Origin: Pyrinomonadaceae bacterium
GTDB taxonomy: Bacteria > Acidobacteriota > Blastocatellia > Pyrinomonadales > Pyrinomonadaceae
Reading direction: 5' to 3'
DNA: 64,000 nucleotides
Assembly: GCA_035571655.1 (NCBI GenBank)
Contig: DATNCH010000290.1
Coordinates: 541 to 64,540 of the forward strand
Made by a program: the position numbers and the translations under genes. The notes below the pieces were generated by a model. It saw only the letters and a list, made by a program, of their open reading frames with translations, was not told where the DNA came from and did not search any database. Shown piece after piece: positions 8,974 through 16,407 of this stretch (within the stretch, counting starts at the first letter, position 1; the number at the start of each line of letters is the position of its first letter).

Positions 8974-9854
8974 TTGTCTTCTGGCTCATCTGTGCTGCAT
9001 TCATCCTGATCGCGCTCGCGTTCATTCTGCCCCCTGCTCTTCAGCGTTCCGAAGAGGCCGATCGCAGAGACGACGACGAGCGAAAACTCGCAAACATCGC
9101 CGTCTATCAGGATCAACTCGCCGAGCTGAAGAATGATCTTCAAAACGGAATCGTAAGTGAGGAGCAGTACGCACAGGATCGCGACGAGATCGAGCGTCGC
9201 TTACTCGAAGACACAAAGACAGCAAAGTCAGAAAAGAAAAAGGCAAAGACTGCATTCAGCGCACAAAATACAGCGTTTGCACTCGGGATCGGAATTCCCT
9301 TCGTCGCGATCGTTTTCTATTTGAACATCGGTAACCCAAAGAGTATCACCGGCGCAGTCGTTACAACCTCGCCAACGACCTCTGCTCCAACAGAACGCAC
9401 ACAGGCACAGATCGAGGCCAATGTCGCCGCGCTGGCGAAGCGTTTGGAGTCGAACCCTTCAGACGCGCAGGGTTGGACCATGCTCGCGCGCTCGTACAGT
9501 TCGATGGAGAGATTTTCTGAATCGGCCGGCGCTTATGCGAAAGCGACGGAGCTAACTCCAAACAACGCCGACTTGTGGGCCGAGTACGCCTTCGCGACTG
9601 CAATGGCGAGTGGCCGAACTCTCGAAGGCAGACCGGTGGAGCTGATTCAGCGTGCGTTGAAAGTGGATCCTAACAACGCGAAAGCGCTTCAGCTCGCCGG
9701 AAGCGCTGCGTTCCAGGCGAAAGACTACAAGAAAGCGATCGACTACTGGCAACGCGTGTTGAAGCAGGTTCCTCCGGGTTCTGAAGTGGCCGAGACCATC
9801 CAGTCGCGAATTGATGAAGCGAAGTCGTTGGCGGCGGGAAACAGCAACAGATAA
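8970..9854 (+). CDS. ccmI: CcmI/CycH-like TPR protein (apocytochrome chaperone)
   Basis: Start overlaps the ccmH stop (GTGA). It has two N-terminal TM segments and C-terminal TPR repeats. Confidence 0.7.
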   Translation: MIVFWLICAAFILIALAFILPPALQRSEEADRRDDDERKLANIAVYQDQLAELKNDLQNGIVSEEQYAQDRDEIERRLLEDTKTAKSEKKKAKTAFSAQNTAFALGIGIPFVAIVFYLNIGNPKSITGAVVTTSPTTSAPTERTQAQIEANVAALAKRLESNPSDAQGWTMLARSYSSMERFSESAGAYAKATELTPNNADLWAEYAFATAMASGRTLEGRPVELIQRALKVDPNNAKALQLAGSAAFQAKDYKKAIDYWQRVLKQVPPGSEVAETIQSRIDEAKSLAAGNSNR

Positions 9855-9856
9855 TC

Positions 9857-10459
9857 ATGACGAGAGAAAATATTCTTTTTGCAATCATCGGTATTCTATT
9901 GGGGTTCATCGTGGGTTTCATGTTTGCCAGTTCGATGAGCCAGAGGATGCCCGAGCCGCAGGTAGCGGCGAGATCGCAGGCGATGCCCGCAGATCATCCA
10001 CCTGTCGGCGCGCAGCAGAACGGCGCTGCTGGCGACCCGCAGGCAGTGCGTGAGCAGGTGGCCGCGTCGCTCGAGAAAGCTCGCAATGAACCGAAGAACT
10101 TCGACGCGCAGGTCAAAGCGGCAGAGCTCTACTACCAGATTGGCCGCTACGACCAGGCGATCGAGTTCCTGCTGAAAGCAAATCAGATACAACCCACGGA
10201 TTACCGTACGGTCACGCTGCTCGGGCTGACCAACCTCGACGCCGGTCATTTCGAGACTGCTGAGAAATGGTATCGAGCGGCGTTGAAGATGAGACAGGAC
10301 GACGTGATGGTGCTTGCCGGGCTTGCGGCAGCGACGCTTGAAAAAGGCGACGCCAAAGCTGCTGAAGATGCGATTGCGCAGTTGGAGAAGGTCGATCCGA
10401 ACAGCGAGGATCTGCCGAATTTCAAAACAAAGCTGGCGAGCCTGAAAGCTGCCAGGTAG
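9857..10459 (+). CDS. Membrane-anchored TPR protein (second CcmI/NrfG-like module)
   Basis: N-terminal TM (ILFAIIGILLGFIVGFMFA) followed by TPR repeats. It lies 2 nt after ccmI. Confidence 0.55.
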   Translation: MTRENILFAIIGILLGFIVGFMFASSMSQRMPEPQVAARSQAMPADHPPVGAQQNGAAGDPQAVREQVAASLEKARNEPKNFDAQVKAAELYYQIGRYDQAIEFLLKANQIQPTDYRTVTLLGLTNLDAGHFETAEKWYRAALKMRQDDVMVLAGLAAATLEKGDAKAAEDAIAQLEKVDPNSEDLPNFKTKLASLKAAR

Positions 10460-10462
10460 TCT

Positions 10463-10521
10463 CACAGGATTTACAAGATGTTACAGGATTTAATCCTGAG
10501 GAAATCTTGTTAATCCTGTCA
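10463..10521. repeat. Family-C palindromic element (CAGGATTTACAAGAT units)
   Basis: CACAGGATTTACAAGATGTTACAGGATTTAATCCTGAGGAAATCTTGTTAATCCTGTCA, between convergent genes. Confidence 0.85.
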
Positions 10522-11523
10522 AGGTGAGATTGACATCCTCACGACGTTCGCGAGTAGTACTCGATCGATCTTTCCGTCGCGGCCGACGACCACCACCTGG
10601 CCATTCTCAACCGTCACGCGTTTCACAGTACTCATCGAACGATTGATCAGCGTTCCGTCGCTGGTCTCGATCACCAGACGTGGCCCAGGTTCCGGTTCTG
10701 GTTCAGTCGGAGGAGGCTTCGGCTTTACTTCTTCTACCGTCTCGACTGTGTCTTTTGTGCTGGGTGTTGCAGGTGGCGGTGCGGTACGTCGTCCTGCGGG
10801 TCTGCGACCACGTGTGTTCCGCGGTGGCACGGGTCTCTTGTACACCTCGATTTTTTCAGGCGCAGGTTTCGGCGACTCGACCGGCTTGGCTTCTGGCGTA
10901 GGTTCCGGCGTTGGCTCGGACTTTGGTTCGGGAGTCGGCGCTGCGGCGACTTCCGTCACGGGCGGTGCGGGCTCTTCGATTCTTGCTCCTACCGAAGAAA
11001 CACGTTTTGTTCCCGGCGTCCTGGCGGGAGCCTCAGTCGTGGGTGTTTCACCTTCGGCAATGTCAGGCCCGCCGGCCACCGGCATGAACGAGCCGCCGAA
11101 CGACAATCGATACGTTCCCTCTTCGTCGTTCGGACTGCGCGCCTCCACTCGCAACACGAGATCTTCGCGCCTGCGAAGATAGATGCCCTTTGTGACTGGT
11201 GTATCGATCTCGGCGTAAACCGTCACTTTCAGCAGTGGTCGTAATGAGCCTGCGGTGAACACGTCGATGTCGCCGTTTAAGTTCTTCGTCTGAACGGTGA
11301 TCAGCAGGTCGCCCGGCGTTCCCGTGAACGCAAAATAGTGATCGGTTAATCGCGCGTCTCCCAAATCGCGCGCCGCGATACGGCCCGTCACCGTGTTGTG
11401 ACGCACTGGCGCTGGAGCGTTCGGATCGATCGATTGAGCAAACGACGACGTTGCGATCGAGAAAAGAAACGCAACAGCTATTAACTTTGCGACGTTGCGA
11501 GTTTGCGAGAAAACCAACTCCAT
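10519..11523 (-). CDS. Secreted hypothetical protein with a Pro/Thr/Glu-rich linker
   Basis: Start chosen at MELVFSQTRNVAKLIAVAFLFSIATSSFAQ (signal peptide). The N-terminal beta-rich domain may be pre-peptidase-C-terminal-like. It also has a PEPTPEPKP low-complexity linker and a small C-terminal domain. Confidence 0.5.
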   Translation of the reverse strand: MELVFSQTRNVAKLIAVAFLFSIATSSFAQSIDPNAPAPVRHNTVTGRIAARDLGDARLTDHYFAFTGTPGDLLITVQTKNLNGDIDVFTAGSLRPLLKVTVYAEIDTPVTKGIYLRRREDLVLRVEARSPNDEEGTYRLSFGGSFMPVAGGPDIAEGETPTTEAPARTPGTKRVSSVGARIEEPAPPVTEVAAAPTPEPKSEPTPEPTPEAKPVESPKPAPEKIEVYKRPVPPRNTRGRRPAGRRTAPPPATPSTKDTVETVEEVKPKPPPTEPEPEPGPRLVIETSDGTLINRSMSTVKRVTVENGQVVVVGRDGKIDRVLLANVVRMSISP

Positions 11524-11565
11524 ACTTTGCCGCAAAGCATATCAGATCTGGGTTATCCTAGTCGC

Positions 11566-11581
11566 ATGAAGTTAAGTCGTG
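11566..11581 (+). pseudogene. Orphaned 5' end (ATG AAG TTA AGT CGT G) of the beta-propeller gene that continues at 17181
   Basis: Joining 11566..11581 to 17190 onward gives MKLSRAVLFVLVSSLPVFAQSW..., a clean signal peptide in frame with the 17181..18838 ORF. Confidence 0.8.
11573..11581. repeat. Left copy of the 9-bp target-site duplication TAAGTCGTG
   Basis: Identical 9-mer at 17181..17189, directly abutting both terminal inverted repeats. Confidence 0.85.
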
Positions 11582-11602
11582 GGTAGTGTCCTAATCTGAG
11601 AT
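11582..11602. repeat. Left terminal inverted repeat (TIR-L)
   Basis: GGTAGTGTCCTAATCTGAGAT. Its exact reverse complement is at 17160..17180. Confidence 0.9.
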
Positions 11603-11609
11603 TCAGAAT

Positions 11610-11834
11610 TTATTTTTCCGCAGGCCGCTTAAAGAAAAATCGTTGCCCGATTCCGAATAGCGCTGCTTCGAGTCGATGGGAACAGACAAGCTCCCAACCG
11701 TGCTTACCTAAAGTAGTTAGATAATCGGTTATTTCGATACCTTCGACCGCCTCGTTTCCGTGGTCAGCTACCACGATAAAACTTGTCTGAAGGTTATTCT
11801 GAGTATCGACGGTTAGGTATTCCCACTTCTGCAT
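11610..11834 (-). CDS. DUF4177-like small protein
   Basis: 74 aa. MQKWEYLTV...LGKHGWELV resembles the DUF4177 pattern. Confidence 0.45.
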   Translation of the reverse strand: MQKWEYLTVDTQNNLQTSFIVVADHGNEAVEGIEITDYLTTLGKHGWELVCSHRLEAALFGIGQRFFFKRPAEK

Positions 11835-11857
11835 ATAGCCTCCATCAAATTAGCTCA

Positions 11858-12352
11858 CTACCGAGAGAGCTTTGAGTGCGCCCTGAATTCCGTGGATGTT
11901 ATGAGTATCTTCTTAGCGTTGTAAATGCGGGCAATGAACGGCGGCTGATTAGCCTCTAGAATCCGGAGCATTTTAGGTAGAGCAGCAACCAGCATTGCCG
12001 CTTGGTCTTCGCCCTTCATATCGGCATGGACGTTTAAGAACGCTCGTCCGTTGGCATTCCTAATAGCCTGCCTTTCTATTTCGTTATATTGGTTTTGGGA
12101 AATGACTACCCAACCGTTAGCGCAGACTTCGGGCAACCATATCTCGTCGGGTTCGTCGTCTTCGTAGTGGGCACGGTGCCTTTCCACACGAGCGCCTTTT
12201 GCTGTCAGGGCGACGTATAGGTCTTCACTGTCCGAAGCGCGATCTAGGAAGAAGGTGTAGAGGTCAAGCGATTCTAAGCTCGTATCGGATCGCGTCGTCG
12301 ATTTCTTCTTCTTTGCGGCCATAATTGGCAGCGATTTGAGGAATCGAGTCAC
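11858..12352 (-). CDS. PIN-like / DUF5615-type putative toxin
   Basis: The core FFLDRASDSEDL...DDEPDEIWLPEVCANGWVVISQNQ resembles DUF5615/Mut7-C-like PIN domains, which usually pair with DUF433. The start is uncertain: Met codons at 12352 and 12322 both overlap the upstream gene. Confidence 0.45.
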   Translation of the reverse strand: MTRFLKSLPIMAAKKKKSTTRSDTSLESLDLYTFFLDRASDSEDLYVALTAKGARVERHRAHYEDDEPDEIWLPEVCANGWVVISQNQYNEIERQAIRNANGRAFLNVHADMKGEDQAAMLVAALPKMLRILEANQPPFIARIYNAKKILITSTEFRAHSKLSR

Positions 12353-13001
12353 CCGCTTTAAAACGCTCAGCCACTATGCGGGTCGGCAAGCCAGTACCGG
12401 AGATCACTGGTTTGCCAAAAGAGACGTAAGGATTGATTACAACATTCTTTGGCTGATCCGTACCAGTTAGACGGATAAACGGATAGAGCCTAGCAGCCTT
12501 TCCAGAAGGATCATGTTCGACGCGGGTAAGGTAGGCCTCTAAGATTTCCTTCATTGCCAATTGCCCGCCCGCCCCTACGTTTATTAATTCGCCGTATTCT
12601 TCAACAAACAGGTCCACACCATTAGTTTGAAATTGATGTTCTGCCAACGGATGTTGAGAGTTAAACCGTTCCTGCAAGGAATCAATAGCTGTTCTAATTT
12701 TGTAAAGATTGATTAGATGTCTGCGCCGGAGACTGCTAAGCACAAACGCCTCAACTAGGTTCGTATAAGATAATAGCGGGTAATCTGGCTCAGGCAAAAA
12801 AAACACTGGTTTGAAAAACGTCCGTTTATCTCCCGTACCGTAATGCGTTCCCCTCGCCCATGCCCTTAAAGTTGGCACCGGAATCCGCAGATACGAGGCC
12901 GCATCAGTAAAACGATACGCCGGAATCTCACGCGGATCGCGCCCGCCGTAAATATCGACTTTGGGCTGGTCGCTGGGTGATAGTTGGTGGATTCTAGACA
13001 T
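12264..13001 (-). CDS. DUF433 domain protein (putative antitoxin) with a long N-terminal extension
   Basis: The C-terminal GTGLPTRIVAERFKAGDSIPQIAANYGRKEEEIDDAIRYE matches the DUF433 pattern. The N-terminus has an HTH-like segment (ASYLRIPVPTLRAWARG). Confidence 0.55.
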   Translation of the reverse strand: MSRIHQLSPSDQPKVDIYGGRDPREIPAYRFTDAASYLRIPVPTLRAWARGTHYGTGDKRTFFKPVFFLPEPDYPLLSYTNLVEAFVLSSLRRRHLINLYKIRTAIDSLQERFNSQHPLAEHQFQTNGVDLFVEEYGELINVGAGGQLAMKEILEAYLTRVEHDPSGKAARLYPFIRLTGTDQPKNVVINPYVSFGKPVISGTGLPTRIVAERFKAGDSIPQIAANYGRKEEEIDDAIRYELRIA

Positions 13002-13043
13002 TCGCCCTCGCTAAATAAAAATGCCGTAGTACAAAAATAATCC

Positions 13044-13072
13044 TTGACGGATCAGAATTTCCGTAGTACAGT
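13044..13072 (+). promoter_or_regulatory. Putative sigma70-like promoter of the transposase gene
   Basis: TTGACG (13044..13049), a 17-nt spacer, then TACAGT (13067..13072). GGAGG is 6 nt before ATG 13093. The promoter is flanked and overlapped by two CCGTAGTACA direct repeats. Confidence 0.35.
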
Positions 13073-13092
13073 AATCAGCATCGGAGGCTGAT

Positions 13093-13895
13093 ATGGCAAA
13101 CGTCCTGAGTAAAGACAAGCAAATCTCAATTACAGCAGCTCTCGCGGAAGGTTCAAGCATACGGTCTATTGAGCGCATGACGAACGTCCACCGCGACACT
13201 ATCATGAGGCTAGGCGTCCGAATCGGTCAAGGCTGTGCGAGACTGCTAGACCAGAAAATGCGTAACCTCGATTGTCACCGGATCGAGCTTGATGAGGTTT
13301 GGGGCTACATCGGGAAAAAGATGGCCCATGTGCGTGAAGATGACGATCCAACTTTCGGTGACGTTTGGACCTTCTGCGCGATTGATGCGGAGACAAAGTT
13401 AGTTCCGGCCTACAAGGTTGCCAGCAAGCGCAACACTCCGAACACAATCGAATTTATCAGCGACCTTAAATCACGTCTCAACAATCGCATTCAAATCTCC
13501 AGCGACGCGATGAACGCATACGCGGACGCGATTGAGTTTGTGTTCGGGCAGGATGTCGATTACGCGCAGATTGTAAAAACCTACGGCACCGACGAAAGTA
13601 AGTACAGCACTCCAGAGCGCAAGTACAGCCCGTCGCGCATTCTCGAAAGCGAGAAGATTTGGATTCAGGGAAGACCCGAAGGCAAGTACGTCTCAACTAG
13701 CTACGTCGAGCGGTTGAATGCTTCTACCCGGTTGCACGTCAAAAGACTAAACCGCCTGACCTCGCATTCAGCAAGAAGTTTGAAAACTTCGAGGCAGCGG
13801 TTGCGCTTCACTTCGCGGCGTACAATTTCGTTCGCACTCATGCCACTTTGAAAATGACGCCAGCGATTGCAGCGGGAGTCGAAACAAACTTCTGA
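13093..13895 (+). pseudogene. IS1-family transposase, single-ORF type, interrupted by a frameshift near 13759..13762
   Basis: N-terminal HTH (SIRSIERMTNVHRDTIMRL). LDEVWGYIGKK resembles IS1 InsB MDEQWGYVGAK, and YVERLN resembles IS1 RIERHN. After ...KRLNRLT the conserved C-terminus LAFSKKFENFEAAVALHFAAYNFVRTHATLKMTPAIAAGVETNF continues in the -1 frame to the stop at 13893..13895. Confidence 0.75.
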
Positions 13896-13924
13896 TCCTA
13901 TGGCGATCTAGTCGAGGCAGTCTC

Positions 13925-14242
13925 ATGAGTGACTACATCGCAGAACTACAGTCAGTCTTTTTGAAGTTGCACGGATGCGATGCGGACTACGTTGAGACTG
14001 TGCCTGTAGTCGAAGAGTTTCAAGGCGAAACGATCTTTCAAGGCGACGTTGAAGTGTTCGACATTCGCGGGCATCCGAAAGCGACACGCGGGTACGGATG
14101 GGGATACACAACAACCGAGAGCGGTGGACGGCGTTATTTCACAGTGCTGGAACTGCCGCCGGTAGATTCGCCACAAACGGCGGTCAAAGCAGCAATCATG
14201 TCGGAGATTAAGAATGCGAGAGAAAAGAAAAAAAGTAGGTAG
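13925..14242 (+). CDS. Hypothetical protein
   Basis: 105-aa ORF with no motif I recognise. It overlaps the next ORF by 29 nt. Confidence 0.35.
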   Translation: MSDYIAELQSVFLKLHGCDADYVETVPVVEEFQGETIFQGDVEVFDIRGHPKATRGYGWGYTTTESGGRRYFTVLELPPVDSPQTAVKAAIMSEIKNAREKKKSR

Positions 14243-14396
14243 GCCACCGCTAGCGAAGGGCGAGGCGAAGACAATCGTATTGCAGTCTCGCGTACAAGAG
14301 ACGGAGCGGGAAGCATACCGCAAGGCCGCCAAAGCGGCAGGGCTGGATTTGAGCACATGGGTACGCGAGACCTTGAACAAATCTATCTCTCAGTGA
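14214..14396 (+). CDS. Small ribbon-helix-helix (CopG/Arc-like) DNA-binding protein
   Basis: 60 aa. The pattern KKVGRPPLAKGEAKTIVLQSRVQETEREAYRKAAKAAGLDLSTWVRETL is typical of RHH antitoxin or plasmid-regulator proteins. Confidence 0.5.
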   Translation: MREKRKKVGRPPLAKGEAKTIVLQSRVQETEREAYRKAAKAAGLDLSTWVRETLNKSISQ

Positions 14397-14412
14397 TAGC
14401 TTATCGTTGGTT

Positions 14413-14507
14413 CGGAAGATGTAGGAGTCGAACCTAACGCTGGTATCAGCAGCGTCCCCTATCAGGGTGTAAAGGCCTTACGTGGACCGACCACGGGGAC
14501 ATCTTCC
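14413..14507 (-). tRNA. Non-canonical tRNA-like gene (8/4 or 9/3 acceptor/T-stem, selC/allo-tRNA-like); anticodon not assignable
   Basis: Minus strand reads GGAAGATGTCCCCGTGGTCGGTCCACGTAAGGCCTTTACACCCTGATAGGGGACGCTGCTGATACCAGCGTTAGGTTCGACTCCTACATCTTCCG. The acceptor is a perfect 8-9 bp helix, the T-loop is TTCGACT with a 4- (or 3-) bp stem, and the D-arm is CGTGG/CCACG with a 5-nt GG-containing loop. The discriminator is G and no CCA is encoded. Confidence 0.6.
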
Positions 14508-14532
14508 GCGCTTGAAAATTTGTTTTGCCTTG

Positions 14533-14581
14533 GCCGCAGGGAGTCGGACGCGAATCGGAATCCCTGCGGCTTTTCTGTTTT
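14533..14581 (+). terminator. Hairpin plus T-tract (putative intrinsic terminator)
   Basis: GCCGCAGGGA...TCCCTGCGGC followed by TTTTCTGTTTT. It lies 26 nt beyond the 5' end of the oppositely oriented tRNA-like gene. Confidence 0.4.
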
Positions 14582-14971
14582 GCGCGTCTAAGTCGGCATC
14601 CTAACCACGCACTGATCTTCTTCTCATTCCACTTGTCCCTCCTTTTGTCGCTTTTTGCGCGACCGTGGGAATTCTTAATCAATCCCAACGGTCGTGTGTG
14701 AAATAGCGCAATACCTTTCACTGGGAACAGTTTTATTCAGACATTTTCCCAGCTTGTGATTTATGAGTTTCGAGACGGTAAAACGCCATCTTTTCCTCCG
14801 CGTATCTACGTTAGCCATAACGCGATAACACGCCTAGACGCTTTGAAAGATTTATTTTGGATTTCCGCAGAAGAACGCCTCGTATTGAGGTTCGAGAGTA
14901 AATTTTTGGCGTTCACCGTTTTGGGCAAAAGCGAGGAGGTTCGATTATTCAGGTTTGAGGTTCCGCGTTTC

Positions 14972-15910
14972 TTAGGTTTCCGCAGAAGTTGATTGCTGGT
15001 TTTTCAGTTTCCACGCTCGAATCTTTTCTCGCAATTCTCGTGTCGTATATTGTTCTTTTACTCCACATTCTTTTAGGGCGTGAATTAGCGCGATGTCAGA
15101 CGGTTTCGCGTCGTCTGATCTCAAATGCGCAAAGCGGGCTAGTAGGTCGTGCGGCAGATCGGGATAGGCCCGCAGGACTTCTGCGCGCCATTCCTTATTT
15201 CGTTTCGGCGACCTCGCTTTCTGTGCGTCCCTTGCGATCTTCTTCGCATCGATCCATACCTCTTTCAGTTCCTGGTATTTCTGCGTTAGGCAAGCAAGGT
15301 CGGTGTCAGTCCATTGGTGCTTGGGCTTGCTACCACCCCGGCCTCGTTCCGGACGAACATACGGTATTGCGCTAACATGTTGACGTATTAAGGCGCGCTT
15401 TTTATCGGCAGCTCTCTTGATGGCCATTTCCACTTGCAGTTTCATGTCCACACTAAATTGCCCTTGACCTGTTGTCCTAAAATATCTAACGAGCGATGCC
15501 GCCATGAACCCATTGGCGATGGCGTAACTATCCTCAACTACATCTTCTAATAGATCGCGAAGTCGTTGAGGGAATGAAGCAACCAAGTGGAGAACTGCGC
15601 AGTCAGCCATTGATTTGATTGCTATGTCTCGAAATTGTTCAAAAGTAGGATGAACCTCGTTGTTGGCTATAAAATCGTCATAAAGACGCTCGCAGTATTT
15701 GACAATTTTCTTGGACGGGTCGATTGCCATGTACTGGCAAGCAAAGCTGCCGTCACCCTTCAAACTTGTGTCGGCATAGATAGCTACTTCTTCGCCGTTG
15801 TCAGCTTGAAAAACCTGAAATAAATTTGACGGGAGTTGGGCACCAAAGTCTTTCAGTACGTGGGTGAGAATATCCCTAGCAAGCGCATCGATTTCTGCGT
15901 CAGTGAACAT
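14972..15910 (-). CDS. Hypothetical protein (transposon cargo)
   Basis: 312-aa ORF with normal-looking composition and no motif I recognise. The basic middle region RPERGRGGSKPKHQW separates two helical-looking halves. Confidence 0.5.
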   Translation of the reverse strand: MFTDAEIDALARDILTHVLKDFGAQLPSNLFQVFQADNGEEVAIYADTSLKGDGSFACQYMAIDPSKKIVKYCERLYDDFIANNEVHPTFEQFRDIAIKSMADCAVLHLVASFPQRLRDLLEDVVEDSYAIANGFMAASLVRYFRTTGQGQFSVDMKLQVEMAIKRAADKKRALIRQHVSAIPYVRPERGRGGSKPKHQWTDTDLACLTQKYQELKEVWIDAKKIARDAQKARSPKRNKEWRAEVLRAYPDLPHDLLARFAHLRSDDAKPSDIALIHALKECGVKEQYTTRELREKIRAWKLKNQQSTSAET

Positions 15911-16030
15911 GGCTTCCCTGTAACCATTCCCTGAATGAGTATTCGGCCCGCCTGTCGCGTCAGGGATGTCGCGCCTTTTTCCTCTCGTTAGCTACACGTG
16001 AGTAAGGCAAGCCGAAATTGAGTGTGTGAA

Positions 16031-16273
16031 TTATATGTTCTGCTTGTCGTCGATTAAAGCGTCGGTTGAGATTCTGGCGAGCTTCGCATAAGCCAATAAC
16101 AGCATCAAAGGCGGTTCTCTTCTACCACTCTCGAACTGTGAGATTTGCGCCGCTCGCAACGGTGACGCTTTGTAGTTGAGTGCCTTTACCATCTCCGTTT
16201 GACTCAATCCTAAATTAGCCCGGATTTGCGCGAGCTTCTTGGCGAGCTTCTTAGGTACAGGGCGCTTCGCCAT
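16031..16273 (-). CDS. XRE-family helix-turn-helix transcriptional regulator
   Basis: 80 aa. LGLSQTEMVKALNYKASPLRAAQISQFESGRREPPLMLLLAYAKLARISTDALIDD is a classic Cro/CI-type HTH. Confidence 0.8.
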   Translation of the reverse strand: MAKRPVPKKLAKKLAQIRANLGLSQTEMVKALNYKASPLRAAQISQFESGRREPPLMLLLAYAKLARISTDALIDDKQNI

Positions 16274-16294
16274 CAGGATCGTTCTCCTAATGGC

Positions 16295-16323
16295 TTGCGC
16301 TTGATGCTAGCAGTTGCTAGTAT
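16295..16323 (+). promoter_or_regulatory. Putative promoter with an embedded palindromic operator
   Basis: TTGCGC, a 17-nt spacer, then TAGTAT. The spacer contains the perfect palindrome CTAGCAgtTGCTAG (16307..16320). It lies in the divergent region between the XRE gene and the 16408 ORF. Confidence 0.3.
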
Positions 16324-16407
16324 CTGCTGGCTTGTTTGATAGGTTGTGATGTTCGCCCAGATATACCGGGCGACGTTCACCTAATCATTTCCTCCGAGGC
16401 TTTCAGC

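Noticed and set aside
13741-13770. Programmed -1 ribosomal frameshifting in the transposase, as in IS1 InsAB'.
   Set aside because: The shift is in the -1 direction, but I see no slippery heptamer or A-run at the site (CGC CTG ACC TCG). The position is near the C-terminus rather than at an InsA/InsB junction. I treat it as a 1-nt deletion until shown otherwise.
14413-14507. The tRNA-like gene as a genuine selC (tRNA-Sec).
   Set aside because: The ends and the long D-stem resemble selC, but the 95-nt sequence contains no TCA triplet, so a UCA anticodon is impossible. The acceptor plus T-stem total is 12 bp (8/4 or 9/3), not the 13 bp of tRNA-Sec.
14446-14992. ORFs 14446..14721 (minus) and 14756..14992 (plus) near the tRNA-like gene.
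   Set aside because: The first overlaps the tRNA-like gene and the terminator hairpin and is Arg/Lys-rich junk. The second has no RBS or motif and overlaps the 3' end of the 312-aa gene. It could be real, but I cannot support it.
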